Assembly: GCA_965649765.1 (NCBI GenBank)
Contig: OZ287751.1
Span: forward strand, 83,390,001-83,454,000
Direction: 5' to 3'
Origin: Bispira polyomma
Lineage: Eukaryota
DNA length: 64,000 nucleotides
The notes under the pieces are model-generated. The model was not told the DNA's origin, made no database searches, and was given only the letters and a program-made list of their open reading frames with translations. This document shows, in pieces, positions 63,793-64,000 of the stretch (the stretch's first letter is position 1; every line of letters starts with the position of its first letter). Made by a program: the position numbers and the translations under genes.

Positions 63793-64000
63793 ACATTGAA
63801 TTATCTGAGCCTGAATAAATAAATTATCACCAAAGTACAAGATGACTGCAATCATTATATTTGTCGTATCTGAATAGCGTCCCCAAAATATCCTTTGTCT
63901 GCCAAATAGACAGACAATAACAAAAACCAAGTTAGTCACCAGGTGGTTCAGACAGGTTTTGAAACAGATGAGACAACAGTAAGTAGTGAACGTCTTCAGA

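Overview
AT-rich, repeat-dense eukaryotic DNA. The SINE and non-autonomous transposon types suggest a marine invertebrate, probably a mollusc (inference). The only host gene I can support is the first coding exon of a class A aminergic-like GPCR on the minus strand (47391-47636). No second exon was found, so positions 1-47390 are probably one large intron filled with SINEs, L2 and Tx1/L1 LINE remnants, MITEs, Helentron-type non-autonomous elements and satellites. The right-hand 10 kb holds two decayed tyrosine-recombinase (YR) retrotransposons of the Ngaro/DIRS group, one nested in the gag of the other. The inner element (54505-60455) is nearly full length and has 234-bp direct repeats. Main lead: its YR reading frame has no upstream ATG but starts at a splice acceptor whose phase matches a donor inside gag. 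This predicts a spliced Gag(N)-recombinase fusion. A slippery site plus hairpin at the gag stop suggests Gag-Pol is made by frameshifting, so one promoter may give three proteins that share an N-terminal zinc finger.
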